From NCBI GenBank assembly GCA_025603075.1, contig MU626420.1, positions 1-44,381 of the forward strand: a stretch of 44,381 nt of DNA, written 5' to 3'. Numbering within the stretch: the first letter of the stretch is position 1; every line of letters starts with the position of its first letter. The notes beneath the pieces were generated by a model that saw only the letters and a list, made by a program, of their open reading frames with translations, had not been told where the DNA came from and did no database searches. Positions 1-12,539 of the stretch are shown one piece after another. Both the position numbers and the translations under genes were made by a program. The DNA is from Neoconidiobolus thromboides FSU 785 (Eukaryota > Fungi > Entomophthoromycota).

Positions 1-455
1 TCGCTTTGTCAGCCCCATGCTTAGTCATAGTATAACAATCGCCTAAGCTGTTGTGTTCTCAAGTTCAGAGAAAATCAATCCCACATTCTTAGTTTGATTT
101 GTTATGAGAATTTCTAGCTCCGTATCAAAGAATATTATCTTCTCATTCTGATATTTATACTTTTTAGAATATAAAAGAGTTTACAGAGTATAGTAGTTCG
201 AGGCTTTTTAACTGAATTATACCCTGATATCTCGAACATTTGATAAAGCCACTAAGTTTTCTTAATAGTATTTTACGTAGATTTTACATTAGTATTGTCT
301 ATGCTATTTGTTTTACATAGTCTGTAGCCTACTACGTCCTATTCCTCATAATCCAAGTCTATCTTAATCACATAAACTAAGACCTTTCGACTTATAGTGT
401 AGTCAACCAGGCAATAGATGTTTTTGATTCCAAACACTGAGTACCGGATTCCACA
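1..455 (+). mobile_element. Solo-LTR-like element, copy A (5' end cut by window edge)
   Basis: Colinear with 961-1359 and with the reverse complement of 29181-29643. Ends ...GTACCGGATTCCACA. Confidence 0.7.
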
Positions 456-960
456 TTTTGTATCTTATCTAAAGTTTAAAATTGTTATGTGGCTTTTATT
501 ATTCAATTTTTTTGATAGTTTTGTTAAATATGTTTTTTTAAGTATTAATAAAAAATTTGTATAAATTATATAAATTTTTGCTTTATTAAAAGATTTTTTT
601 ATCTGTGCTTTATTTTTTGTTTACGTATTTATTTTATTTTCAAACAATGTTTTTTAAATTATATATTAAGCATATATATTATGTGAATCTGTTTTTTTTG
701 TCCTACTTTTAAAACTGTTTAATTTATATATAAAAAATATCGACTTAGCTACTTCTTTATCTTTTAAATCATTAAAATATTTATTGGATATTACTTTTTA
801 ATTAAATTTTGATAAAATAATTGGATTATTAAACAAATAATACATAATAATTTTAATTTTTTTATATTTTTAAATAAGTATTTTTATTTTTATTTTTATT
901 AAATATAAAAGTTTAATGCTCATTAAAAAATATAATTAAGCTATAATTAACAATAATCCT

Positions 961-1359
961 TATGAAATATCGCTCTGTCAGCCCTATGACTGATCATAAC
1001 ATAACAACCACTTAATTCGTGTTTTCAAGTTCAGGCACAATCAATCCTGAGCCTTTTATTTTAATTTACTGTGAGAATTTCTAACTTCATTCCAAAGAAT
1101 ATTATCCTATCATTTTGATATCCATACTTGCTGGAGTACAAAAAAGACTCTTTAACATAATAACTCGAGACTTTTTACCTGAGTTATTCCCTGATACCGT
1201 ACCTTTAATAAAGTTACTAAATCTTTTTGGTAGTATTGTCTGTTCTATTTGTCTTACATAGCCGGTAGTATAATACGTGCTATTCTTCATAATTCAAGCC
1301 TATGTTAGTTACATAAACTAAGACCTTTTGACTCCAACCCCCAAGTACCAGATTTCACA
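961..1359 (+). mobile_element. Solo-LTR-like element, copy B (diverged, two internal deletions)
   Basis: Starts TATGAAATATCGC and ends GTACCAGATTTCACA. Aligns along its length with copies A and C. Flanks TCCT/TTAA do not form a TSD. Confidence 0.7.
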
Positions 1360-1573
1360 TTAATTGAAAGAACATTAAAAATAAATAAATCGTTTATTAT
1401 AAAAGTTTTTAAATTGGGTAGTTTAATAATATTTTATTAATATTTTTTATTTTAGTTTTAGTCAATACTTTTAAAATATCAAGTAGTTATCAGTATTTTA
1501 GCTGGTTTAATTAAATAAATGCTATAACTCAATTTTATAAAATATTGTTTTATCAACTTTACAATTATAATAT

Positions 1574-1664
1574 GGGAGTGTTTTTTCGGCTTCATTATTT
1601 TTTTCATCTTTTAAGCACTATTTGAATGGAAAACTTGTTAGTAAAATTCTTAAAATATATCACC
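1574..1664 (+). mobile_element. ~97-bp MITE copy
   Basis: GGGAGTGTTTTTT...ATATATCACC, flanked by ATAT/ATAT. Shares the family core GCTTCATT..AAGCACTATTTGA..GTAAAATTCTTAA. Confidence 0.85.
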
Positions 1665-1781
1665 ATATAGTAACTACTTAAATGTTTATAAAGCTAATTA
1701 AAATCTTATAGCTAATTTAATTATACCTTATATAACAATTTAATTAGCTTTAAGTAATTTTGCTATTAAAAGTTACTATAT

Positions 1782-1878
1782 GGGGATATATTTTTGTGTT
1801 TAAGAATTTTACTAATAATCTCTCCACTCAGATAGCTCTTAAAAATGGAAAAAGTAGTGAAGCCGAAAAAACACTCCC
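1782..1878 (-). mobile_element. ~97-bp MITE copy
   Basis: Reverse-orientation family copy, ATAT/ATAT TSD. Confidence 0.85.
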
Positions 1879-1929
1879 ATATATATGTAATAATACTTTA
1901 AATCAAATCCATAATTAAAATTAAACATC

Positions 1930-1961
1930 AAACAATAAACAATAAACAATAAACAATAAAC
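1930..1961. repeat. (AAACAAT)4 tandem repeat
   Basis: Four perfect 7-mers plus AAAC, read directly. Confidence 0.9.
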
Positions 1962-3955
1962 TTTAAATAAATCAAAAATTATTAAAAGAATAATCAAAAA
2001 TAGATTGAATGTTTTGAATGTAGTTAACTTTTTAACCCGATCTATTATAACCATTTAAAAAATTAAATAAACTGAAGAAAATATTTTCAATAGTAATTTA
2101 AAACTTTTTATCAGAAATTAAAAATATTGAACAAAATATAAAAACTATACATTTTAATATAATACTTTTTTTATGTATAATGCTAAGATTGTTGTGATAC
2201 ATAAAATTTTATTTAAATTTATGCATTTTTTGATCAAATCATAAAATTTCAACATTAGTCTTTTTGATTTAATTTGTTTTAGTCAATTATTAGAAAGATA
2301 TTTCATCCTTTGTTCAGTTTTTTATAATAATTATAACTAAAAATTTTGTATAATAATTTTTCTATAAATGTTCAAGTTTTTTGTCCAAAATAAAAATCAT
2401 TTTGTATCTTTACTACTAATTTGTCAAAAAAATCAAGATTATCTATAAAAACTCTTACAAATATTATTTACAGGTTTTTATTACAAAGTTAAAAATTTAT
2501 TTAAAAGTTTATTTAGATTTGGAGCTTTTCAAAAAGTAGATAAAATACTAAAATAAAATCAATATACTTGTGTACTTTAGTTTCAAACCTATTAGCTTCT
2601 ATAGTAATATATGATTGTTTGCTTTTTGAACTATTGGTATTAAAACAAAACTTCAATTTAATATGTTTTGATATAGCTTTAAAAATATTAAAATTCTAGG
2701 CTTAAATATGCTGTTTAAAGTATTTTCAATACACTAGTATCATCATAGTAAAGTAAAGTTTTGTTAAATTAATTACTGTTTATTTTTGTCACGTTTAAAT
2801 AAAAATGTTGGTGATGGGTGATATGATTAATTAAATAGAAGCAACTTTTTTCACAGGTTGAATCATAATCAATTTGTATGATTTTGTATACCATAGGGGT
2901 GTCTTTAAGATATAATATAAAACTGCTTTGAACAACAATTGAATTAGTTAAATAAACCTATAAAATTTATTAATAAAGCTATAACATGAGCTTATTGTAG
3001 AAATCATTTTTAAAAGCAGAAACGCTTTACCCTTTAATACTTTTATAGGATAATGAAATTGTTTAATGAAAATAACAATTTTTTAAATTTTTATTCAAAT
3101 TTTACTAAAGCTTTTGATCATCTAAGTAAACTTTTTACCATACAAAGCACTTTGCGGCAAAAAAATAGTTTTAGAAATAATAACTGTTATTGGACACTAA
3201 TATTAATTGATATTTACAAAAATATTAAACAAAATCTATCTTTTTTTATGTATAGTTTGATAAGAAGTATTGGTTGCAAAAACAAATAACATAAACTTTA
3301 ATAAACTGATCAGTTATATTAAATTAAATAAGTTGAAATAAATTAAATAAAAATCATAGTTTATTTATTCAGTTTATTATTCAGTTTATCTTATAGTATA
3401 ACTGATAAAAAATAGTTGTTTACAAGTATAGTAATAACTCGTTTAAATCCTTATCCAATGATTAAGAAATTATATAGAAATTGGAATATTGATTGATTAA
3501 AGTAGTGATCTAAAGTAGTGTATATTTGATATTGTATAACATAGGATAGTTTATTAAAGCGTGCTTTTTATGAGGGGGAAGGGTTGAAATGAAAAAGGGA
3601 AGGTTGGGGTAATAGGTAAGATGCAAAAAACAAGTTTATTTTAATAAATTATCTTCCCAATTGTTGAAACGCCCGAATAAGCCAATAAAAATATCCTATT
3701 CGAACGAATAACGTGTCTTTATTTGATTATAGGTTGGATGGAAAATATTGGTGTCATTTCTCATTACAGTGAACGGTTTGAGGATTACTAAAAGAAACTA
3801 ATTTGACTGGAAAACTACTCATTATATCTCCTTTTTTTACTTTACAAAAATAACGGTATATAAACAAAGTATTTAAAAATATTTCAATTTTTTATAAAAT
3901 TATTTCTATTACATTGTCAAATATATTTATAAAAATTTAGAATATAATAAACATA

Positions 3956-4999
3956 ATGAATAATATCTCCAATAACTTTGACTGTGGCAGTAGTAATAAT
4001 ATCTTAAATGACAACTTAAACTCTTATTATTTTAATCAATATTCATCTTCAATTAATATATTGCCTCCTTCACTACCATACAAATCTACCGACAGTAATG
4101 ATGGGATTAACAACATAAGCGAGTTCAGTAGTAATAAAGCTAATATGAACACATTCTCTTCTTTACCATATGATCAACAACAGCCACTCAAGGTTGATAT
4201 TAACGATTACACACAATTTGTCAACATGGATTTCTATGCTCACCCTGAAATGGCCAAAACGATAAGTGCTAGTGATAATTCTGAACCATCACCTAATTCT
4301 AATTCTTTCAATTCCCCAATATTTCAGAATGAGATTAATAATGGGAATTCATTGTTAAATAACTATAATGCCAATATAAAATTGGAACTTAAAGAACAAT
4401 TTAATGATTCATCATTACAGTTTGATAATAGTAACAAAGGAAATAGTGAATATTATAGTCAAGGCCAATTTACTACAATGCCTAGTTTAAAAACAATGAA
4501 CAATAGTAGCAATGGTGCTATAAATAACTTTAATTTACTTAATAATGCTTCTACACCCACTTTGTCAAACAACATACCTAGTTCAATGGACTTATTAAAC
4601 AATTATCCTTTAAATAACAATCCTCTATTCCATCCACGCTTAAACTACCCATCTTCAGCTTATCCTAATGGCTATTATAACTCAAATATGCTACAGACAT
4701 GGCAAGATATGCTTACGAAAGGATATGGTAGTCACAGTAGTATGTTTGGATTAAACAATAGCAATCGCAAAACTTACTCTTTTGTTACTATGAACGCTAC
4801 TAAAACACGTAAAAGACACCGTAGAAAACATGAAGAGATCGAAAGACTATATAAATGTACACATGCAAATTGCGATAAGTCATATGGTACGTTGAATAAT
4901 TTGAATGCCCACATTACCATGCAAAAGCATGGGAATAAAAAGTCAGCGTTTGAGTTCAAAGCTATTCTAAGAAAGGCCAAATCCAAAGTTCTAAACTAA
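3956..4999 (+). CDS. CON7: Con7-like single C2H2 zinc-finger transcription factor, paralog 1 (347 aa, intronless)
   Basis: C-terminal RRKHEEIERLYKCTHANCDKSYGTLNNLNAHITMQKHG..FEFK matches the Con7-family basic region plus C-x4-C-x12-H-x5-H finger. N/S-rich low-complexity N-terminus. TATATAAA about 95 bp upstream. Confidence 0.85.
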   Translation: MNNISNNFDCGSSNNILNDNLNSYYFNQYSSSINILPPSLPYKSTDSNDGINNISEFSSNKANMNTFSSLPYDQQQPLKVDINDYTQFVNMDFYAHPEMAKTISASDNSEPSPNSNSFNSPIFQNEINNGNSLLNNYNANIKLELKEQFNDSSLQFDNSNKGNSEYYSQGQFTTMPSLKTMNNSSNGAINNFNLLNNASTPTLSNNIPSSMDLLNNYPLNNNPLFHPRLNYPSSAYPNGYYNSNMLQTWQDMLTKGYGSHSSMFGLNNSNRKTYSFVTMNATKTRKRHRRKHEEIERLYKCTHANCDKSYGTLNNLNAHITMQKHGNKKSAFEFKAILRKAKSKVLN

Positions 5000-7518
5000 T
5001 CGAACTTATAAATTTTGTCCTCTGTATTCAAGTTTTTATTATATATTTAAATTAACCTTTGATAAACATCTCCTTATTTTTTGTTTAAAAAATAAAATTA
5101 TTTTTTGTAATTTTTGATTTTGCTTTGCCGTCATATGTATAGTTACTTATTTTGCTTTCTATATCTCCTTTTTTAAATATCCTTATTTCCTGTTTTATAA
5201 AACAAAATGAAGGATAAAATCAATAATATTTGACACTATTGAATTTTGATTCTAAGATTATTATCTGTTTCTTAAGCGAATACTTGAGACACTTATTTTT
5301 TCGATAACATCATTACTGTGACATGAATTCATATATATATTATATGAGATATCCTATCTGAGTACTTTTAAGTGTAAACTCGATATATATATTTAACTCC
5401 TTTATTATTGAATTGTGTTATTACAAGCTTTTGTTTGTTTACTTCATCAAAGTAAGCATTCTTTTAGTAATACACCCTAACTTACCTCGGCTTTTTTATT
5501 ACGCTTATAAACCTAATTGGTGTCAGTTATTAAAAAGATTGAAAATTTGTTGCAGAAAAATAATGTATAAGTATTACATTGTGATATTACAAAAATAGTT
5601 CAAATAACTTCTTAGATTATGAAAATCAAAAAAGTGAATGATCAATATTTAGTTATCATAAAGTAAAATGATATAGCATAGTTTCCAGCTTAGTTTATTT
5701 ATTGTTATTTTAAAACTTATTTACTATTTTATGCAAAATATTGACATTAAAAATCCCTTAATCACACGAATCATCTAATAATGATTATTTAGTAAAGTAT
5801 TTGTGTGCATCGCATTCCAAGATTTAAGAAATCTCTTAAATCGTAAAATTTAATTTGACTTTTACGATATTCTATTTTTATATTCGTATATTTTTCATAA
5901 TAGCAAATATTTCACAAGGTTTAATACCTTATCAATCAATCAAGCTATATAAAATACAAAACCTAAAATAATATCACTAGAAAAAAAACAATTAAGGGCT
6001 AACTAGACTTAATGAGGGACTTACATGCAGGTTTTTGTAATTTTAAAAAACTCGAAGCTTAATTAGTATCATCCTTTTGACTATAAAGTATCTAATTAGT
6101 TAGAATTTATTTGATAAGGGCGAAGACTGGTGGAGAAAAAAATAAGGCAAAGCTTATATGAATACCTGAAGCTTAGGAGGAAAGTACTGGGAACTTAAAT
6201 TACACCAAAAGATAGGTGATAAACAAATGAGACCATATATGCTAAAGTTTATTGCTAATAGTAAAGATTTAGTTTAAAAATCCAAATTCCTACATTTATA
6301 CCCCTTTTTTACCTTTTTGTCTATCTTTTTACCCAAAGTATAAACAGTTTCTTTTACTTTATTTAGATAGAATCCCTTCTAAAGCTTTAATTAAAAAGTT
6401 GAAACTATATGAAGGGCGTATACTACATTTATCAATAAATTTGTCCTTCTAAAAATATTTACTGGGTAAAACAATTTTAAAATTAAATTAATGTTCTATT
6501 TTTTCTGTTTTTTTTGCCTTTAGTTTTTAGTGAAATTAACAGAATTGATTTTTTACTATTGTAGGTCTTTTGCTATTTTAGCAGTAATTTTTAAAGCTAT
6601 TTATATAACCAAAGCTTTTATTACCCAATCCTTATTTTACGAGCAAATACAAGCGTAAATTTTTTGCTTAAATAGCCAGTTGATTTGATCATAAAAAGGC
6701 AGCAGCAGCTGTATTATTTAATTTCTAGGAAATAACATTTAGCTTAAAACCAATATCATCATGATATTGTTAAATAAGCCTGAAAGAAGGGTCTAAAGTC
6801 ATGACATAGGCTTTTAAACTTACTTAATAAACCACTTGGGAGCTTCATACTCATAACTTTTAAATATATCAAATAGTTATTTCTTAGTTTGTAATTAAAG
6901 TTACTTTACTAATTTCACATATGATGGATATAATAAACTTATTGATACTATTTTTACAGGTATTGCTTTTGTTGAATATAGTTTTTGATTATTTTATAAT
7001 TGGCTATATTAATTAAATAAGATAGTATATTAAAAAAAGAATTATTATTTATTAGACTTTTTTGGCTTATTTTTTTTTGGACAAATCCAAAACTACAAAA
7101 TCTCGGATTGCGGCAGTAAGCTATTTTAAAGTAACATAGATTTGTCTTCAGGTACTAAGATACTTTACTGCTGTAACTAATAGTATCGTCTACTTTTTGT
7201 TACAAAAATAGAAACTTAGGTATTAAAAAAATAAAGCTTAATAAATACATGTGAACTGCTTTACAATAAATAAATTTAATGAGTAATACAAACCTGAAAT
7301 GTTTTGTTATTAATATAGATATTAAATACTTTCTCATGTTTATCGATTCGATAAATAAATTATTTGAGACCTCGTGCCTTTCGATTTTAAAGGAAATTAA
7401 ATACTTAAATTAGAGACTTGGAGGGATGAATTTATTAATAGGGGAACTCTAGTAAAGCTGCATTTGTCTCAAGCAGATTTTTACTTCTAAAAGAGGCATA
7501 AAAGGGAAATAAATATAT

Positions 7519-7616
7519 GGGAGTGTTTTTTTGACTTCATTATTTTTTCCATTTTTTAAGCGCTATTTAAGCGGAAAATTTGTCAGTAAAATTCTTAAAC
7601 ACAAAAATACATCCCC
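7519..7616 (+). mobile_element. ~97-bp MITE copy (near consensus)
   Basis: GGGAGTGTTTTTTT...AAAAATACATCCCC, ATAT/ATAT TSD. Confidence 0.9.
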
Positions 7617-9472
7617 ATATCATGCTTTTAGTTTCAGAGTACTGCTTATCGATGTATGAGGCAAAGGGATTAAAGGCGAGGGAGGAGGAAGCAGTGTGAT
7701 TAGACTGAAAAATTTTAAAACTTTTGTGAGTGGTTAAAATACTGATTGAAAAAAAGCAGAGCATTCTAAGTCAAGGGTATATTACTTAAATCTCTAAAAA
7801 CCTCTGATTAAATCAGTAAACAACTGAATAAATCAGGTGAGTGCGTTAGAAGTGTTTGTTAGTAAAAAAAACTGGAGTTAAATGATAGAGGTATAAGAAT
7901 AAAATAATTGGGGAGAAGGTGTTAATATCTATATCTATATTTAAAATATCAAATTTTTAAAATTTAAGTATTTCATTTTGCAACAAAGTATATAAAAACG
8001 TTTGGCACTAAAAGACAAAAATATTACATGAAAGTAGTGTCAAGCTTTTATCCTTGATATTTATTTTAATCTAAAACAAATCTGAATTCATATGAGTATA
8101 ATGGATTTGAGTTTACTATGATACTAATGCACGCCTTCATTTGCTTTGCTTAACATTAAAAAGTAAAATAGAAAACACGTTATACATGAACTGACTCAGA
8201 ATAATAAATTATGTATATTTTTGAAAATTGTGTCATGTACTGATATGGAGATTAGATAGATAAAAGGATCAATCTTATATTAATTTTTTAATATTCGATA
8301 CTTTAAAGTTGTACCATTTATTTAGTTAAAAATGGAAATACCTCATTAAATTAGTTAAATCAATGGTTTATAAATATAACCTTTTCCGTCTTTTCTTAAT
8401 TTTCCCAATTATGACACAAATTTGTTTTGTATTTGCATATATATTTATATTCATACACTTTATTAAACTAAGCCTAGACCATTTGATTAATTTTTACAAT
8501 ATAAAGTTAATTCATAAAGCTAATGAAATTTGAATACATTACATAGCCAGGGAGATACGAGAATGCTGCATTACAACATCAAAATTATCATTTACTCAAT
8601 AATCAAGGTGGGGTATCAATAAACACCAAATTAAATATCTACGTTATGCTAAGCTATTAGTTCATTACATATAATTTGCTATTTTTAACTAAGAGGCTAT
8701 ATTAATCAGTTTTCTATTTTAAGTTATATCTCCTCTGTCATTGATATAATATCTAGATTCTAAACGCTGGGCTGGATCCATTTACAGTAAACTATGATTT
8801 TCCAAATTCAGCTAACTCTTACTAACATTTAAAGTAATTTGTAGTTAGTATAATATATTATTTTGTATATTTTAAATATACAATTAAATTATTTTTTCAT
8901 AAACTTGTGTTATAAGCATTAAAGCACAGCTCTGAAAAAGCAATATACAATCTATAATAAAATACATTTAGTATTCGTGCTTTGAACATAATAAATTTGT
9001 TAACATATTTAACAAGTGTTCTTGTTATCTGACATTTGATATTTAACATTTGGGATGTCTTTTTGTATGGGAAATTTATTAATATTTTTCCCCTTAATAG
9101 CACAAAAATAGAAAAAATGATAAACCAAAAAACGGCTTATTTAATTATTTAAACTAAGATTTTATTGTCCTAATATTTGCAAATTATTTTAAAAGTTGCT
9201 AAAAGTTGAATTTAACCACTTGGGTATTGTAGATCTACTCACTAAATTTTTGTAGAGTAAAATTAAACTATGAATATTCCTTATCAAATTAGCCTTGGCT
9301 AGGACAAGATCGTTCTTCAATAACTAAAAGGTAGATTAAAACCCTTATCTAATTTAAGAGAACTTTTTTAAGACATTCGATACTCAAAGAGTTGATTTTA
9401 GCGACCTTATTCTGTAATTGACTCGTATTATAAACCATACAGCTTAAATTTTATATATCATAGATTACATAT

Positions 9473-9566
9473 AAGCTGTTTTTTTTTAATTTAATCCATT
9501 TTCCATTTTTCAAGAGCTATTTGAGTAAAATAATAATAATAAATTTAAACAAAAAGATACATCTCC
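9473..9566 (+). mobile_element. Degenerate MITE copy
   Basis: Core TTTTCCATTTTTCAAGAGCTATTTGAG and end AAAAAGATACATCTCC retained. ATAT/ATAT flanks. Confidence 0.65.
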
Positions 9567-9967
9567 ATATGATGTTCTATTACTTTATGAAATATTCATG
9601 AAAACTTATCTCATGTTTTACTTTTTTGATAACTTTATCCAAATACAGATGATTTATAAAGTACTTTCTGAGTGCTTTATAAACCTTGCTATACAATCAG
9701 CCCTTGTTAAACTGCTACATATAAATGTCATACAAACTTTGTATAAATGATTTTTTAAGAACTAATTTTTAAAAAATTTAGGTATACAGCTGTTGCAGCT
9801 TTTTTATAAACAATAGTAGTGATTTTTATGGTTAATTAATTTTACAACTGATTTCTTCAAATTTTGTTCCTACATTTATAAAACTTCAATGAATTTTACT
9901 CAAATCAGTCACTAAATAGTTAGAAAAAGATTTGTAACTGTTGTAAACTTTGACAAAAATAATACAT

Positions 9968-10060
9968 GGGGACGTGTTTTTATTAACAATTTTGCTAACA
10001 ATTTTTCCACTCAAATAATACTTAAAAAAACAGAAAAAGTGAAATTAAAAAAATATTCCC
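9968..10060 (-). mobile_element. ~97-bp MITE copy
   Basis: Reverse-orientation copy. Flanks ACAT/ATAT (1 mismatch). Confidence 0.8.
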
Positions 10061-11984
10061 ATATGTTTTTTTAATGAGAATTTGGATGAAGTTTATTCAA
10101 AGTTTATGCTTCATAAAAGGTGGACAAAACACTAAAGTAAAAAAACATTCTAAACTATTAGAAATGACCATTCAATGTATAGCTAAACTTCCTTTCAAGC
10201 TATTTGATCAAAAATGAACACTTTAGTTATAAAGGTCCTATTTAATATATATATTAATAAGGCTTAAAGCCGAAATGCTGAATGAAGACCGTAATACGAC
10301 TAAATCTCATCTCATTCGCTATATCCTCCTTCTCAAAGCTAGCCTTAAATTTTAAATACCTCTAATTCCCCAGATGAAATTCTTGGCAGATACTAATTTA
10401 ATATATTTTTTAAACTTACTCAATTTAGAATTGTTCGATTAAATTGATTTGTTAATTTAGTGGAAATATTAGAAGTTATTAACAAGAAATAATTTTGTAT
10501 TTAAAATATATGCTACTCATTGATACTCATTTTGCTTTGATCTTTATAATTAATATATATTACATACTAGGCTTGATTTAAAGTATACCTTTACTTAAAT
10601 CCAAATACAAAATAACTTGAAGCTAATTTGACTATTAGGAAAAGTTAATAAATATTGATTTTTTGGTGTAACTTTTCTACTTCTCGCAGATTCAAATTTA
10701 CATTTGAAGGCAATTTACTCTTCAGAAAAAAATAAGGAGCATTGAATTCAATAGGTAAAGTTTGATGAATTTTTGTCATATGGGGAACACTACAGTACCC
10801 ATCTATACCGTAAAATAACCTTTTAATTTTAGCATTTTATGTTAGTTGAGCATTTTAATGTATACATAGCTGTATCCTTTGATTCTAGTTAAAGCCTTGA
10901 CTTTAAAGTGATAAAGTATCATTTGCTTTTGAAAAATAAGGATATGTTTAGTCAAAATACATATCAATATATTGACTAAAAATATATGTGTTTAAGATGA
11001 TATAATTTTTCTACTTTTATTTATATAATGTTATATAGCTACAATATATCATAAAAGTAATGACCCATAAATTTATTATTCAAGTGCGGGTATAATCTAT
11101 CCTGAGTTTATAAAAACAATAAATGGTTCATCTTGTATTTTAATACTTAAATAAAAGAATGGAATAGTTTTCTATGGAAAGTTTAAAAATTCAATTAATT
11201 TATTATTAGCATTATGTCATGAAAATAATAAAATTAGTACTAGCAACTGAGCTAAGAGTACACAATAATTAAAATATAATAAGAACAACGAAAAGTAATT
11301 AAAGTAATAATTAATGACAAGCTATATTTCACTTTTATATTTAAGTCCAAATACTTAAGATCCTAATTTAAAATATCATTTATGAGCATTTGTAATTCAA
11401 AAATGAATTAATATTAAGACTGATCCTTTTTATTGTATAATCATATATTTAATTAAAATCTATATTAGTTCTATTTTCCCAAAGTAAATTAAATTTTACT
11501 CTTCAAAATTAAACTGAAGTTAAATTAAGATTTATATTGAAAAGTACATTTTACAAAAATAAGGCATTAAACATTTTCGCACTAAAATAGTAGCTTAAGA
11601 TTAAAATAGAAGCCAAAAATTAACTACTTCAAAGGCAAATAGATTTTTAGTAAGTTTAATCCCTATAATTGGAATAATGCAAATTCACCAAGTGACTAAT
11701 AACCAGATGATTTTGCACCATAAAATTCTCATCCTTTCGAAAAAAATCCAAATTAAATTTATAATCTCGCTACAATCTAAGTACTTTGAGTCCTTTATTC
11801 CATTAAACTTTCTAAAATAGTTAATAGATGGCAAAACATTAAACTAATCTTAAAATAACAATAACAATTAATAAATGATAAATATTACTTCATAAAAGCA
11901 CTATTTTATAATCTGAATGACCATCCTAAAACATATAAATATGTGTAAAATTCATTTCTGACTATTATTTTATTTCCAATCCAA

Positions 11985-12539
11985 ATGTCAAATTCAAATA
12001 ATAGCTCTTTACCTAACGAATACATAAGTTCTCCAAATGATTTGAATTATTTAGCAAAGAATACAAAATCATATGTAAATGAGTTTTATCCCGTCGAGCC
12101 AAAAAGAACATCAAGTTATGAAAGATTACCACCTATCTCACAATTGATTACAAATCCAGTTCCTGTCCTTCCACCTTCTTCTGAGCTAATATCCGAAGTA
12201 GAAAAGCGTGAGCGTAGCCAAGTTCCAAACTTTAATGGCTACAATCATTATTATGATCCATTTAATATGCAGCCTATGATGTATAGTCACCCATACTTTA
12301 GAAATTCTATGCCAAAGCCAAAACAAACAACTAAACGTTTAAGAAGAAAGTATGATGAGATAGTTAGATTATATAAATGTAATTATGGTACTTGTTCAAA
12401 ATCTTATGGCACCCTAAATCACTTAAACTGTCATATCCAGTTACAAAACCATGGTAAAAAAAGATCCCCAAATGAATTTAGGTTTTTAATAAGGGAAGAC
12501 AGCAAAGAAGATGAAAAAATTGAACCAAGCTTCAATTAA
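11985..12539 (+). CDS. CON7: Con7-like single C2H2 zinc-finger transcription factor, paralog 2 (184 aa, intronless)
   Basis: RRKYDEIVRLYKCNYGTCSKSYGTLNHLNCHIQLQNHGKKRSPNEF, plus an LPPI motif. Confidence 0.85.
   Translation: MSNSNNSSLPNEYISSPNDLNYLAKNTKSYVNEFYPVEPKRTSSYERLPPISQLITNPVPVLPPSSELISEVEKRERSQVPNFNGYNHYYDPFNMQPMMYSHPYFRNSMPKPKQTTKRLRRKYDEIVRLYKCNYGTCSKSYGTLNHLNCHIQLQNHGKKRSPNEFRFLIREDSKEDEKIEPSFN

Noticed and set aside
1-1359. Copies A and B as the two LTRs of one miniature retrotransposon (TRIM-like)
   Set aside because: The copies are strongly diverged. The 505-bp interval has no PBS after A and no polypurine tract before B. Independent insertions fit better.
7621-7790. Purine-rich stretch that reads through if TGA were Trp (alternative genetic code)
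   Set aside because: All confident genes here use TGG for Trp and the standard code. The stretch is too short to call.
9611-10150. Possible degenerate inverted repeats bounding a ~540-bp element
   Set aside because: The match needs a ~30-bp gap and is weak in AT-rich DNA. No TSD was found.
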